From: Novakomyces olei
Lineage: Eukaryota
NCBI GenBank assembly: GCA_016906335.1
Contig: JADEYG010000015.1
Coordinates: 992,001 to 1,056,000, forward strand
DNA length: 64,000 bases
Direction of reading: 5' to 3'
The notes under the pieces are model-generated. The model made no database searches and was not told the DNA's origin. It worked only from the letters and a program-made list of their open reading frames with translations. Position numbers and translations under genes: made by a program. This document shows, in pieces, positions 12,620 to 26,275 of this stretch (its first letter is position 1; the number at the start of each line of letters is the position of its first letter).

Positions 12620-13743
12620 GGCGATAGATCTTCATAATCCCAAAGACTATTACACCGCCAGGCATCGCCTACCATGCCGGAGGCGAATCTGTATTTCTTC
12701 AACCAAATGAACGAAAAACGCAGAAACAAAATAAAGCGCTTATGTTCAAAAAAATTCGTTCAATCTTATCTACGCCACTTAAAGCAAGCGTCCTTTTTGA
12801 TTGTGAGACACTGATGTGCGTAAGACAGTCTCACAATTCGATTTAATATAAAGCTAGGACTAATGAGTTTGTGATAATCGTAAGAAAATTTTCAAATCGA
12901 GAGACAGAAAGACGCGATTAATCGCCTTAAATGAATTTGAAATTGGGCTCGCGTTGCCTATGCAACTCGATCACGGTAAGCATCTACGACCCGTTGTCAA
13001 GAGCATGCCAATATAATGGCCCATACTTTCTAATCAGGGTTTTCTAATTCACGATTGACACATTAACTGCTAAATTATTAGTATTATAATAGCAGCTAAG
13101 CTACACCAATAATTTGTGTGTTCTTCATAAGGTGACGAGGTCATAGGATCTAAATATTCGCGTTTCATTTTAAATACAGCATGTTGAATCAAGCCTGCAG
13201 TCTACAGTCATGAGCTCTTGCTGGAGACTAGATTTTGAAAAGATACATTCCCAACTTTATAGAAACATTGTTTCTGGACATTTGTCATTTGACAATGGAG
13301 CCCAGATATAGCATTGGCCGGCAAATTCGTGGTGATGGTGTGCGACCTGGTGTTGGTGTGCGACCATTTAGTTCCGAATACAAAGAAATGATGGACTGGG
13401 CTATGCCGTTTTGCTTTAACGTGTGAGTTCATGAGGAAAAACTCGTGATATGGAAAAGCACTATTCTATCTCAACCGCGAACTATCTCCGCGTTTACTGT
13501 TATGTAAATTAGAGATAGGTTAATATGAAAACAAATTTCAACTGAAAAGATTGAAATAAATCATAAACATAAATCATATTTTATTCTGAAAAGATAATAT
13601 TACCGGCCTGTCATATAATACCTAGCTGTAGATACCATTTGGCTTTTGGTCTAGGTGTAGCTAGATCTAAATTATTAAATTCGACTATATTTGTTCAAGG
13701 TTTCAACTAGAAAAGGTGTAATTTGATGTAATCAGACAAATAA

Positions 13744-14445
13744 CTATGCGCGTTCTTTCACTTTGGGCTCCCAAGCTGAGTAAATCGGCGTCGTTGTAGA
13801 GTATGTCTTAAATGCCCCGCGGGTTGTGCATGACGCCCAAGGGCCCACTATGAGCGAGTGATTTGACGTTGGCTCTCGCTGCCATGGATGGATATTCTCT
13901 AAAAATCCTTTATCTTCAACCGGGGGTTCAGCATTCATGTACCGTAGCCAAGCCGACCTAAATACGAATGTAAGCGTTCAGAAACATACGAAGCTTCTCG
14001 TGGCAATTCGACGAGAATTAGAAATACCATCCAGGCTCAACGTCACTTGGGTCATGGTGCTTACGAGCATATTCAACCCAGCGTGTACGGACTAAGCAAA
14101 ACAAGTTAGCTCTGTCAAACCAATATCGAGTCGGAAACCGATCGGCTTTCCAAGAGATTCACATACAAGGCACCTCGTCCAAGTTTTCAAAATAATGATT
14201 TCCAGCCCTGAATTCCAAGTTAGTTCAAATTCAATGCACACAAATGCGGAAGAAGTGAGGTGAACCATACTTGTCAACACCGATCAATGTTCCCGCCTTT
14301 GTATCGTGGATGTTATTCATTTGGCGGAAAGCCTCCCGGAAGCCTACTTTCCATATATTCTGAGACCATTTAGTACATGCAAAACATACGGTGTAGCTTT
14401 CAAAGCCGAATTCCTTACTCTGATGGTCCTCGGAAGGGTGGACAT
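13744..14445 (-). CDS. NDUFA12: NADH:ubiquinone oxidoreductase subunit NDUFA12 (B17.2-like), multi-exon
   Basis: Spliced MSTLPRTIRNIWKVGFREAFRQMNNIHDTKAGTLIGVDK ... WLRYMNAEPP ... RGAFKTYSTTTPIYSAWEP matches fungal NDUFA12. Confidence 0.88.
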
Positions 14446-14750
14446 GTTGCCGCACTTTTGGTTCTCTGTTTAAGTTTGATCCGGCTTTTCTCAATACCTT
14501 AATTATTCCTATTATTTAATTGGCCATTTTAATGCGTATGTTTTGCCCTATTGTTTTCTAGTCATGGTGCCTGTAAGTGTCTGAGTATAGTCTACACTAT
14601 AAACGCCTCAAAAAGAGTAAATATACGATATTAATTTATATTAGGAGCGAGTGAGCGAGGCACTTTTTCCATGAAGCATTGCTGCAATTGACAAAGGACA
14701 TCGAGCGTATTGCAAATTTTGGCCGTATACAGCAGACTGTATGTCGCGCC

Positions 14751-17700
14751 ATGCAAATAGACTATTCCTTGGTTTTGCAATCGTTTAGTCGGGCATGTGA
14801 AGAGCTACAGGCAAGTTTTTGTTCTTGGACTGTCAAGCAGAGCGTCTCTGCTAACACCACCGATTCAGGACCCAAAGAAACGGCTCGCCGCTGAAGCTAC
14901 CATACATAATATACGATCACGTGAGCATTCACTGTCGCTTTTCAAATACTTTCTAGGTACTTTTCGCTTGTCTTACTTTCTGCTGCTTTCTAATACAGCG
15001 TTCAGAAAACACACAGAGTCATAACGTCCAATATTATACATCTAGTGCTATACAAAACGCAATCGGCCACGAATTCGGTTGGTACGAGCCTCGAGATATC
15101 CGTGAATTGCGCATATTCATATTAGAATATGCTATTTCACGCCAAGGTCTCCCTTCATATGTGCGAGACGCTCTACTACGTACCGCTGCCATTATGAGCA
15201 AGCGGCTGATACCCGTATCTTATGATGAAGAATGCCATAATATCCTTTCAATTGTGAGCCAACTGGCTTCAGGAGACGTCACAAAAGTTGTAGCTGGTTT
15301 GAAATTTGCGCTTTCGCTTATAGAGGAGATTGGATTCAGCAATCGTTCATCGCGTATACAGCTTTCTATGGAAATACACTTGACTATCAAGCGGGCATTT
15401 ACCAATAATTGTCTCATGGATTTATGGATGGTGACCATAAATGAAATAGCTTCCACGAACGCTGGGAAATATTCTGGGCCTGAAATGGACACAATTCTAG
15501 GGACTTGTGCGGAGATAATTGGGAAAATACTAAACTGGGATTTTGAAATATCGCTGGATGGCTCTCCCAATAAATCCAAATGTCTTTTTCTCGACGAAGA
15601 CATAACATCTGAACAGTCGTCCTGCAAAAATACCCTTCCACAATCTTGGGCAAAAATTGCGGAGCCTGCGCATGTCCAGGTAATTTTTGAAGCATTTAAC
15701 ACTCTAAGAACAAAACATTCTAAAGCTGCTTTAAACGCTGCACAATGCATTTTGAGATTTTCTGGGGTACAGGGGCCTATATTCATGAGCGATAGTGCCT
15801 CGCAACTAGCATTTTTCTCCACTTTTTCGCGTTTTCTGGTGATTTGTCTTAGTGAATGCAGTCAATCCGAAGATATATCAGAATCGCTGTTTCTTCTGGC
15901 ATCTGCTGCTGTAAATTTGCTGGATACCAATAAAACCAGAGACATAATTGAAGCTGCCACAGAATCAGGGACTTTATGGGAGCTTTCCAGCAGCATCTCT
16001 CATATGATTGCGTTTGTACAGAGCTACATTGCTTCGCGTCCAACTGACGAAGAAGCTGAAGATTGGGCATGGGCGGTAGACGAAAAGTTGTTTGAGTACT
16101 GGGCAAAACTTTTCTTTTTCTTCAAAGGTTTTAGACCCCAGTGGTCTATTCAAATTCCGCCTAGTGTAAAGCAAGATTTGATATCTAATGTCCTTCAGTT
16201 CATCAAAGTTCGCATTGCAGTTGCTGTGGCACAAGTATTAAACGGCCAGGATGATATTGAGCATGATGTAGATGTTGAGGATGAAGATTGGGAAGCGCAG
16301 TCTTCTTTGTTGACCTTTGTAGCTACAACCAGTCGGTTTTGTCCAGACGAATGTTTGGGAGAGCTCACACAAATTCTAAATCAAGCTACTCAAGAGTACC
16401 GCCAAAAGCGCTCAGAATCAAGCGATTCCGCTGGATTGGATTTTTTGTTTGAGACCCTGCACTGGACATTGTCCATTGCGGGCTATGTAATCTATGATAG
16501 AGAGTCTGGTATTGCCATTTCATCTCCTTTGTTAAATGGCTTTTCACAGGCGCTTTTCCAATTTCTTGAAATTGCTGATGGTGAAATGTCAACTCAGGTA
16601 ATCTCAATAATTGTCTATCACTGTGTTTAGAATCACTGACGAAGAATAGGTTCTGCAAACGTTTTGGTGGTGTCTAGGCCAATGGACACATATGATAACC
16701 GCCCCAGACGAGATGGCAATCGCCATGAGATCCGTTCTAGATATAGACGTCGTATTCAATGCACTGATCTCTAGAGTCTTAGATCTATTTCAGTATTGGA
16801 TAGCAGAGCAGCAGCTTCTTCGAGATTTACTGTCTACTTTTGAACTGTTAGGATCGAGTGAAAACTTGTCAGAAAAGCTGTCAAAGACTTTACAATTTCC
16901 TGCAGTGGTCAATATGTGGTTGCAGAATTTTCCTAATATCCCAGAGCCAGAGCAAAGGTAACGCCATTTTAGGGACTTGCTTTATTAATTCTTACCTTAT
17001 TTTTACTCTTTTTTTTCTTTTGACCATCTACACTCATTTTTGCCAGTTCTCTAATGCTAAAATAGACATTTGATACAAGTATTGTGTGCTTTGTGCGGAA
17101 GGCTCGAGCCAAAAATGAGCTCTGCGTTATTTGGGGCACTTGTAGAAGCTGCTCAATTCAATATTGACACCGTGAAACCTCGAATCATCCAAGGCAACAA
17201 TTTGGATCAGGCAGAATCAAACGCTTTCAATTTGTATCAAATATGCTCAGGAGTTGCAGAAGGAGCTTCACCTCAGATGATTCAAACTGTTGCAAATTTC
17301 TTGATACAGCCTCTTGAGCTCTCTGATGAGGTCATCGCGCGCTATGGAGAAGACTCTGCAGTTTCAAGATCAATACTATCGTGCCTTGTATCAGCGCTTA
17401 AGCTTGTGGAGAATTACGAGTTTCCATTGGAAACACTATCGACATTTGCGAACTGCCTTTCAAGGCACGTAGTGCGACTGCACAGTGACACAAAGAAAGC
17501 ATCTCGAACAAATTACGACCCGGATGGATCGATAAATAGGATCTGCGATGCCTTGAACTGTCTCATGCGATCATATTGTCGTTATTCTTCATATTCGTCT
17601 GACCCGGGTTCCAAGGAGATTTTAGACGTAGTTATAAGAACATTGGATTTATTCTTGAAGCAGCTTGGCAAAGATATTGTGGATAATACGGTGGTCTTTA

Positions 17701-18242
17701 AAAACGTCTCAGAATTGTTGCTTTTGATAGCACAGTGTTCTCCAATCACTATATTCAAAAATCCGGATTTGTTTGGTACAGAAATTACGCTGCTTGCTGA
17801 GCATATTCGAGTACCAGACTTTGTATCTGCAAGAAATATTATCAATGCGGTCGCATGCTTAGGCCAATTTGCTCTCTCTTTCGAAGCACAAAGAGAAGCC
17901 AAAATAAAGGCCGGTTTGGAATTATTGTTAAGACAACTACTGACGGTTCTTCTCTTTGAGAATTCCGATGGTGATTTACTAGACGTCTTTGCAGAAGCTA
18001 TATTACCTATATTACTGTGTTGCCGCGAATCTTTTGGCCACATTATGCAAGAGTTGGTCGTTCCTCTTCGCGATAAACCGGCAACTCAGTCTAATGTTTT
18101 AAAGGCTGGCACAAAATTATTTAATACTATTCCCTCCAAATACCCTGAAGATGACGAATCCATTGAATCACTAGTCGAAGCTTTCCGTGACAGTTTGCTC
18201 CTGTTTCTTAATAGCTCTCGAGAATCAGTGCACATGTTTTAA
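14751..18242 (+). CDS. Importin-beta superfamily HEAT-repeat karyopherin, exportin-4-like (5 exons; first intron GC-AG)
   Basis: About 1100-aa helical protein. The N-terminus (RACEELQ-DPKKRLAAEATIHNIR..LFKYFLENTQSHNVQYYTSSAI..LRIFILEYAISRQGLPSYVRDALL) resembles the XPO4 N-terminal HEATs. Also ILNWDF, LPQSW and LFETLHWTLSIAGY. Confidence 0.7.
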
Positions 18243-18819
18243 TCACAATCGAATCAAATTTCACTATAATAGGATGTTACATTTTAGGCATCCCTCTATT
18301 CACTAGTACATTAGCACCCTAGCCTCATCTAAGAAAATTGACCAATTTTACTAATACATTTCCATCCACAAAGGGCTTAAGGTTTTCAATTTCCGGGTTC
18401 TATTAGGTGTATGCAGTATGTGTAGTGGATGAACCAGAAAGGGCTCAAGCCATCGTATTAAAACTAGTTAAAGTAGGCTTGTCGTACCTGGTTTGATCTT
18501 GTCCTATAGTCTACTATTCACAAATAGCTATATAAAGTTCTTGGCTCATACGGTTACATGAGCACAACATGTATATATATAAATTCGCAACAAAAACTAC
18601 TGGTGATTCAATAAAGATCAAGCCAATTAGAATGAGATTATAGAATATACTAAAATAAGTAGACATAGCCCATATACTATACTAATGTTCGATTATTATA
18701 CGCCATAAGCGGCGGGCTTTAAGGTATTAAAACAGAAGAACTTGGATATAATGGTTGATAATACTTTGTTTTTTTACGTATGGGCGCCAGCTTGAACGAC
18801 TATCAGAATCTTTTAGCAG

Positions 18820-21224
18820 ATGGAGGCACTAAAGCGGCCCCGTGAAGATGCTGTACAGGAAGACATGGCGCCGAAACGGAAAGCTGTGGGCGGGCCAGTA
18901 CCGGAAAGCCAACTCGATATTGAGGTAGAGTATATTAAATTGTTCGAGTTGTTTGTATTAACAGGAAATGGTTTTAGCTCTTCCAAAAGGAAGCGATATG
19001 GCGCCGGATGCAAGAGTATAAATCTAAGCTCGACTTTGTAGAGTCGCAGCTTGAGTCTTGCAAGAAAGAAGTAGATTCGAGCCGATCTGTTAGTATTATC
19101 TTGGAGACTTGGTGGAATGATGTATGATTCGAGATCCCTTATTTGTCGCTTCTTGTTACTAACGTTTATAAAGCTGCTGGACGCTTTAGATCTCCTAACA
19201 ACTGGTTCATCTTCTGCAGGTACGGAATTTTGACAGCTTATTGCCATTTTACTTATATTGGTCAGAATCATCGGAAAGCGAACTATTACGGAGCTTTACG
19301 CAGGATGAAGCATTTGCGCTAGATGCTATTCTGGCTTCTAGGAAAAAAGAGATTACTCGTCGACTACAGACAATAGGCCTCCGTATCGAAACCCATGAGC
19401 CATTTTCTGTTAATAAAGATCTGCTACGGAGCGCTTCTAGTGAGATTGATAAGCGGCTCCACCGATTGCGAGCAGAAGCAGACTCGCTAACTCTACAAAA
19501 CAAAAACCTTCAAAAAAATCTAGAAATTCTTCAAGCCACGCGAGTTTCGCTTGAGAAAAAATTGTACCGAAACGAGAGTACGTCTCTGAGATCCATAGCA
19601 AAGACTGCAAACAAAGAACAGAATGCAGGAGTGGAGAACGACGAAAAAGAGATGAACGACGTGGAGCAGAAGCCCAGTACACAACAGCTGGAGCGTGAAG
19701 AAGGAGAAATAGAAAACCTCAGAATACAAAAGGCAGAAAATGATGCTTTAATCGATAAACTTCGCTCAGACCTGCGAGCTGTTACTCAGCAAATAGAAAG
19801 GACTGAGAATCAACGAGGCTTGGAATCAAATATTATTAGCGAGGATGCGATATTAGCGTCTGAGACTTACAGGAAATTGTCAGCTGAATTGCATTTCCTT
19901 AAGGAGCATTTGAGTGTGGTTCAGGAGCGGTCGCAAAGTGACAAAAATGAACTTCAAACATTGAGGGCCGAGCGTACAGCGTTCAAAACCAGTCTTTTAA
20001 GCGAACAAGAGAAAGAAGTGAAAGACTTACAGGCTCAGATTGTAAATATAGAAAAGGATGCGTCTAGGGTGCGAGGTATACGTGATGAAATGCATGCACA
20101 GTTGCAAATGCGAATATCCAATGAAGAAAAGAATGCTGTCTTGATCAATGAGCTCAAGGCTCTGATCGAGTCCAAAGATATGCGGATAGAGTTTCTGCAA
20201 AATGAGCTTAAAATTTTCAGCTCAGCAGATCAGCAGAGTGAACAAATTGTGAATGATTCGGGCGAAAGCAGTGAAGTTCTTTTGGCAAAAGTTAATAAGC
20301 TAGAGAAATTAAATTCTGCTTTGTCTCGGGAAATTTCAGCAATGGGACAGGCATACAGCAAGGCTGTAAAGATTGGGAAGTCCAAGATTTTTGATACAAT
20401 GGCAAAGGAGGAAAAAATCACAAAGGCGCAAGCAGAGGTAATTCTAATTTTTTATTTTTTTATTTCATCTTCAAATTTATATCGCAATACTAAAATATAT
20501 TTTAGAAAGCAAAAGCAGACCAAAGGTATTTTGCTGCTATGAAGGCCAAAGACATGCTATCGAACGAAATCAAAGCCTTTAAATCACAAACGAGTCATTC
20601 CAAAGATATTGTAAATAAGCTAACTATCGCGGAAAGCGCGGCTGCTAAAAAAATGGTGGCTTTGGAACAACAATTAGCAACATTGATGGCACAACGGGAT
20701 ACTTATATAAATGAATTAAGTCAAAAATCAATCTCTGAAGAAAAGCTCAGTGTGCAAAATCAGAATCTCAGCTCGTTATCGGAAAGCTTGAAAATGGAGC
20801 TGGATTCGATTAAAAAGCGGCTGGAGGAGGAAGTTGCTACTCGGCAAATTGCGGAGCAAAGCTATGTCGCCAACAAGGCAAGACTTGAGCAAATTGAGTC
20901 TAAGTATGGCCGTTTGAAAAAGATCAAGGGAAGCGACGACAGCGACGAACTTGTGGTTTATAGGGTATGTACCCTTTTTTCTCCTAAGTTTTTTTGGTAC
21001 TATTTCTTCCACTTTTTATTTTCTGGGAACAAATCTTAACCTTTTTGTAGCAAATGGCAAAATGTGGTGTTTGCAACGACAACTGGAGGAACAGGGTCAT
21101 AACTTTATGTGGACATACGTTTTGCAAAGAATGCATCGAGACCCGAATACAGACTCGGCAGCGGAGATGTCCTATGTGTAATTTGCCCTTTGGCACGAGC
21201 GACGTTATTGCCATGCATTTATGA
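18820..21224 (+). CDS. BRE1: E3 ubiquitin ligase Bre1 (histone H2B ubiquitination), multi-exon
   Basis: LFQKEAIWRRMQEYK, long coiled coil, KAKADQRYFAAMKAKD, and C-terminal RING CGVC..CGHTFCKECIETRIQTRQRRCPMC. Confidence 0.93.
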
Positions 21225-21374
21225 GACTTGCTGCCAGAAAATCTACTGTAATTAAATCAAACCGTACTAATAAAATAAGTATGAATATGAGGCTGGGGTA
21301 CCTGGCATCATAAAACCAAAAGATATGTATCGATTAACTCTCCTCCGAGTCTATGCACCATCATTTTTGCCTTT

Positions 21375-22977
21375 TCATACATGCGCCTCTTTATGACCTG
21401 ACTCATTCTCATCATCGCTTTCAAGTAAAGTATCTAATTCTAAACTCTGGCGAAGCTGAGAATTGCCTGTACCTGATTCGAACATTGGCTGTGTGCCCGG
21501 TAAAGGTGTCGTCGCTTGATCCTGTAGGCGAACGTATTCCGGTATCGTTGCTTTTGCGTCCCATTTATTGCCGCTGTTCTTGTACAACAAGATCAAACCT
21601 TCAGCGTCTGTATTGGTCAGTCATATGCAAACGGTATGTATAAGCAAACGGTATGTATAAGCAAACGGTATGATCCTTACATGCAAAAATAATAAACGCT
21701 AGACTGTAGAGTATGAGCGAATAGGAATGAGGATCGATGCCGATACTTGCTAAGAGAAGCATCTGTTCCTCTGTGGCAGCCATAAATTGCATCCCCGATG
21801 CAACTAAAAGCTATTGAATCAGCATTAGAGAAATAGGCACTTCCACTTACAAAAGGCGCAAGATACTGAAACGAGTTTCGTTGCGGAAGATACGCGGCAT
21901 CACGTAAAAGCAGCGAGATCTCCACAATACGGCACAGTCCAGCTGCAACAAGAGTGTATCCAAAAGTTGCATGGACAGTGGTTGATAGCTCCAGGCTTTG
22001 TGCATGCGATGCCATGGCTACCCCAGTCAAGATGATCACGACGCCGGGTACAATATTGCGTTTCGGCCTGCCCTCTTGAAAGGAGAGAACGACACCGAGA
22101 ATACCGGCACAAAACCATATAACTCCAAGAGCAGTATGTTGAAGATCCTTATGAGACCATGGACCTCCGTGATGCTCTGTAAACGTGTTAAATAGTCCCC
22201 AGGCACCGATAACAGAACTGTCCAGGAACTCCTGTGACTTGTTGATGCGCTCGAGAAACCGTTTACCAAAATGCAGCATTATTAGCATAATGATTCCGTA
22301 AGCGATAAAGCTGGACCCCATGATTTCGTGCGCCAAGCATTGTCCTAAATGATCTCCACTACAAAACCCGAGAGCGGCTATCGCACCGAGAACCATTTGG
22401 ACCCAGCTAATTATAATAAAGGCTTTGCCGGTCACACCATGTGCGAGCACAGCGTACCTTCGGATGCGTGCGTGCAGAGCCGCAGTTAAATGCAGTTTCA
22501 AGTAGACTCCTACCAGAGCCTGTAAAAACAAAAAGATAAACACAAATTTTGCAAAGGAAGCGTGTGCTGTCGGACCAAACTGTCGGCCTTTATGATGGTG
22601 AGCTAAAAAGTAGCCCGTAACTAATAATTAGAATACCACATTATAGACAGCAAACCGATCTGGCAAACCGATGCCCAGAACCAAAGAAAAGGAGGACGTA
22701 AACCAATTTAAACCTTGAAGATAATAAATGTACCTGTAAAGACTAAGCCTGTTGCTTGCACAGGCACGTGAAACCTCGAACGCGTAAGACCAAGTATCAT
22801 TCCCGCTGGAAACAAAAACCCAAAAGCAATCGTCATGAAAGCAATGTGCAGCCATAAAATAGTGTCAAGCGGATCTGGCGACACTACCGAGCCTTCCGGA
22901 ATCTTGTCCATGTGATGTTCATGGCCGTAAGCTATTGCTGCCAGTGCGAGCGTACAAATCAGTTGTCTGTACGCCAT
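21375..22977 (-). CDS. YTP1-like multi-pass membrane protein (DUF2427 + Ytp1 domain), multi-exon
   Basis: Signal peptide, [64 protein letters not shown]. Confidence 0.85.
21627..21672. repeat. 17-bp tandem repeat GCAAACGGTATGTATAA (~2.7 copies) in a YTP1-like intron
   Basis: Directly visible. Confidence 0.85.
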
Positions 22978-23771
22978 CCAGAGCAGCTTGTCATGCGACA
23001 CAAAATGTAGATGCTTCGTAATGCTTCTGGATCCAACGGCAAATGTGGATTTATTGCGGCCTTTATGAGTGACAAATTACCAGGCTGCTGCTTCAATCAA
23101 CCAATCAGCCTATCGTTCTATAGTCTAGTGTAATTTTTTAGTGTAATTTTTATTGTACAAAGTATATATATATATATAGCAATCACTAAGCGTTATTGCG
23201 CAAAGTAATTAGTCCCCTAACTTTGGCAATTAAATTCATTCTTGTACTTCGCTGTATAAAGCGCACAGGGTGAAGCACGTGACCGAAGCGTTCCTCGAGG
23301 TTGACAAGGTGTGCCAGTTGTGCAAGACTGATCTTTTCAAAAAAATCGATGTAAAGTACAAAGGGCGACACGACTGGTTTAAGCTATTAAATTCAGTAGT
23401 ATTTGTAGAATTGGGTAAACTAATTTCCATCGAAATCAGCATAGAGAAACAAGTCAAATCGACTAAGTACTATTAGACCACTTTCTCAAATGCGTGGTGT
23501 AAATCAAGTATTATGCGAGTCATGGTTTAATCTACTATTTACCAAAAGTACCAAGGCCCGCTGAACACCCAAACTTCATACCCAAACTTTTAAGACCTTC
23601 ATCTATGTTTTAATCGCGCTAGTCGCGATTTTCATTGTCTATATAAACCATTCGCTGCTGATACTAATAAAATCACATAATATCCACGGGATACAGTATA
23701 GATTGATCGCATTGTATAAATAATCCAAAAAGAAGGCAGCCATGGCATAGCCCAATGAATGACCTTACGGT

Positions 23772-26275
23772 ATGGAAGAACATTCGCAGAGCGCGACGCT
23801 TTTATCGGCGCATGGTCAGGAGCTGATTGATGAAGTGAGGCTATGGCCGGAACAACGAGTTTGTTTCTGGCTCACCTCGATCAGTATGCGACACTACAAT
23901 CAGGCTTTCCTTGGTAAGACGCGTTAGCAACGAGACTTCTAACCGGAAAGAAAATAATATTAACGGCGAGACTTTACTCGACTGTGATATGCAGACACTT
24001 AAAGACATTGGCGTAAACATTGTGGGGGACCGTGTTAAAATTCATAATGCTATAAGGGACATTTTACGGAGATGCTCTCCGTTGTTCAACGTATGCTACA
24101 TTTTTATTTTATTTTATTTTATTTTTTCATTCATTCATTCGATTATTCATTGAATGAGCCATTGTCCGTGATTATGGAGAACCAATGAATGCAATAACCT
24201 ATTTTTACTAATCTCGACGCAGTCATCTGCCGACAGTTCCCCTTTACAGGGCACAAGTACTATGGAATTTGTGCCTGATCAAAAAAAACTGGCCCAGCCG
24301 CTCACAATACCCGCTGCTCCAGTAACGAAGGCGGTCGTCAGCGATGAACCGACAAACGAAGCTACGATCATCTACGGAGAAGGATCGACTATCAGAATTG
24401 AATCAATTCAAGACGAAGCCGGCTTGTCTTTTATTACACGCGTACTCGAACGCGTTCATTCGCCGGTCTCTGCTGAACAGGCGGCAGTCTTTTCGTCCGA
24501 TGGAACAGGGATTGCTCCGCTTTCTTTTGCCGAGCTGGAAAACGTTATCAACTCTGACCGGCCAGAGAAAGACAGATTAATTCTTTGTACTGCTCCCAAC
24601 TTGCACCCTAACAGAAAATGCCTGCAAGTGGCTCGGCAAGTCATGCTTACGCAAGGGTCCGCGTCCCCACCGCGAGCAGTCGGAGCCTCCCGTCTCTCTT
24701 CTTCTACGATCAACACGCGAAGAAGCACTGCGCTTAATGATTCTGCTAGTAATAAGAGGATCAAAGACTATTTTGGACAAAGGCCGCCTAGTGAGCTTAT
24801 TTCCTCAAACCTTTCGGAATACTTCCCAGGCCATCAGCAAGAGGTATTGGACAAAACGGTTCGGAACTCTATCCGCTACTCGCGCCGATATAGTCGAATG
24901 GGTTCCGTCTCGAGCAGTCGAAACTCTGTGGCACATTCATTATTTGCGCCCTCCATTCTGCCAAATATCAGTGACGGATTACCCACGAGCCGAAGGCTGT
25001 CCAATCTGAGTACACTGTCTTCGTCTCAGCACGCAAGACAGCGTCGATTACGTCAGAGTAGCCTTGTGCCCAGAACGGAACAGTTGGACGAGGAGGAAGA
25101 GGAGCCATCGTCTCTGGCTTCGGCTGCGGTGCCTGCGCAAGCCGACTCTAGTCTTTTACGTGCAAAGGAGACTGACGTATTAGACGGGCATGCGGACGAC
25201 GAGTCTGTTGTTGATGCTTTTATAAACGAGCATGAAGAGCGTCGCCATGGCAATGCGATTGATAATGAAAATAACAGTGTCGATGACGGTATAGAGGACG
25301 ATGATAACTTTGAGGGATCAGACACGGTTAGATGGATTAAAGGGGCGCTTATTGGCAGTGGATCATTTGGCAATGTCCATCTGGGTATGAACTCTTTAAC
25401 GGGAGAGCTAATGGCCGTCAAAGAGGTTGAACTACAAATGAGCTCGGCTGATTCTGCCGCTGAAGCTCGGAAAATATCAATGCTTGATGCTCTCGAACAC
25501 GAGATCTTACTTTTACGTGAACTTTCTCATCCAAACATTGTCCAGTACATTGGCTCGCAGAGCGATGGGCATCACACATACATCTTTCTCGAATACGTGC
25601 CTGGTGGGTCTGTAGCAGCTCTTTTAGCTAGCTACGGCTCATTTGAAGAGCAATTAGTAAAAAATTTTGTACGGCAGATTACGTGCGGTTTAGTATATTT
25701 GCACGACCGGGGAATTATCCATCGGGACATAAAGGGTGCAAATATACTTGTGGATAATAAGGGCGGCGTGAAAATTTCTGATTTTGGGATTTCTCGGAAA
25801 GTTGAATCGAATCTATTGTCACTCAGCCAAAGCGAACAGGCTGATCATCGCATAAGTCTCCAAGGCAGCGTTTACTGGATGGCGCCTGAAGTGGTTAAGC
25901 AGACTTCGTATACTTCAAAGGCAGACATATGGTCCTTAGGGTGCCTCGTGGTAGAAATGCTGACGGGACAGCATCCGTTTCCAAAATATAGTCAAATGCA
26001 AGCATTGTTCAAGGTAATGTATCTGTCAAAAACCAATTAATTAATTAATTAATTATTTATTTATTTTTATTTTTATTTTTATTTATTTATTTTTATTTAT
26101 TTATTTATTTATTATTTATTTACTGATTGTTTAGATTGGCACCATGACAAAACCAGAGATCCCTTCAACTGTATCTTTGGCGGCGCGTGATTTTCTCGAA
26201 AAGACCTTTGAAATCGACCATAAAATGCGGCCAACAGCTTCAGAGCTTTTAAACCACGAATTTATCAGCCAGTAG
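23772..26275 (+). CDS. STE11: MAP kinase kinase kinase Ste11/Byr2 (SAM, Ras-binding and kinase domains), multi-exon
   Basis: SAM domain (WPEQRVCFWL..ENNINGETLL..LKDIGVNIVGDRVKI), FGQRPPSELISSNL, and kinase GALIGSGSFG, HRDIKGANILVD, DFG, SLQGSVYWMAPE. Confidence 0.95.
26034..26121. repeat. AT-rich low-complexity (TTAA/TTTA) tract in the last STE11 intron
   Basis: Directly visible. Confidence 0.8.

Noticed and set aside
14751..18242. U12-type minor introns in the exportin-4-like gene
   Set aside because: No RTATCCTT donor; the donors are GCAAGT, GTACTT, GTAATC and GTAACG (U2-type).
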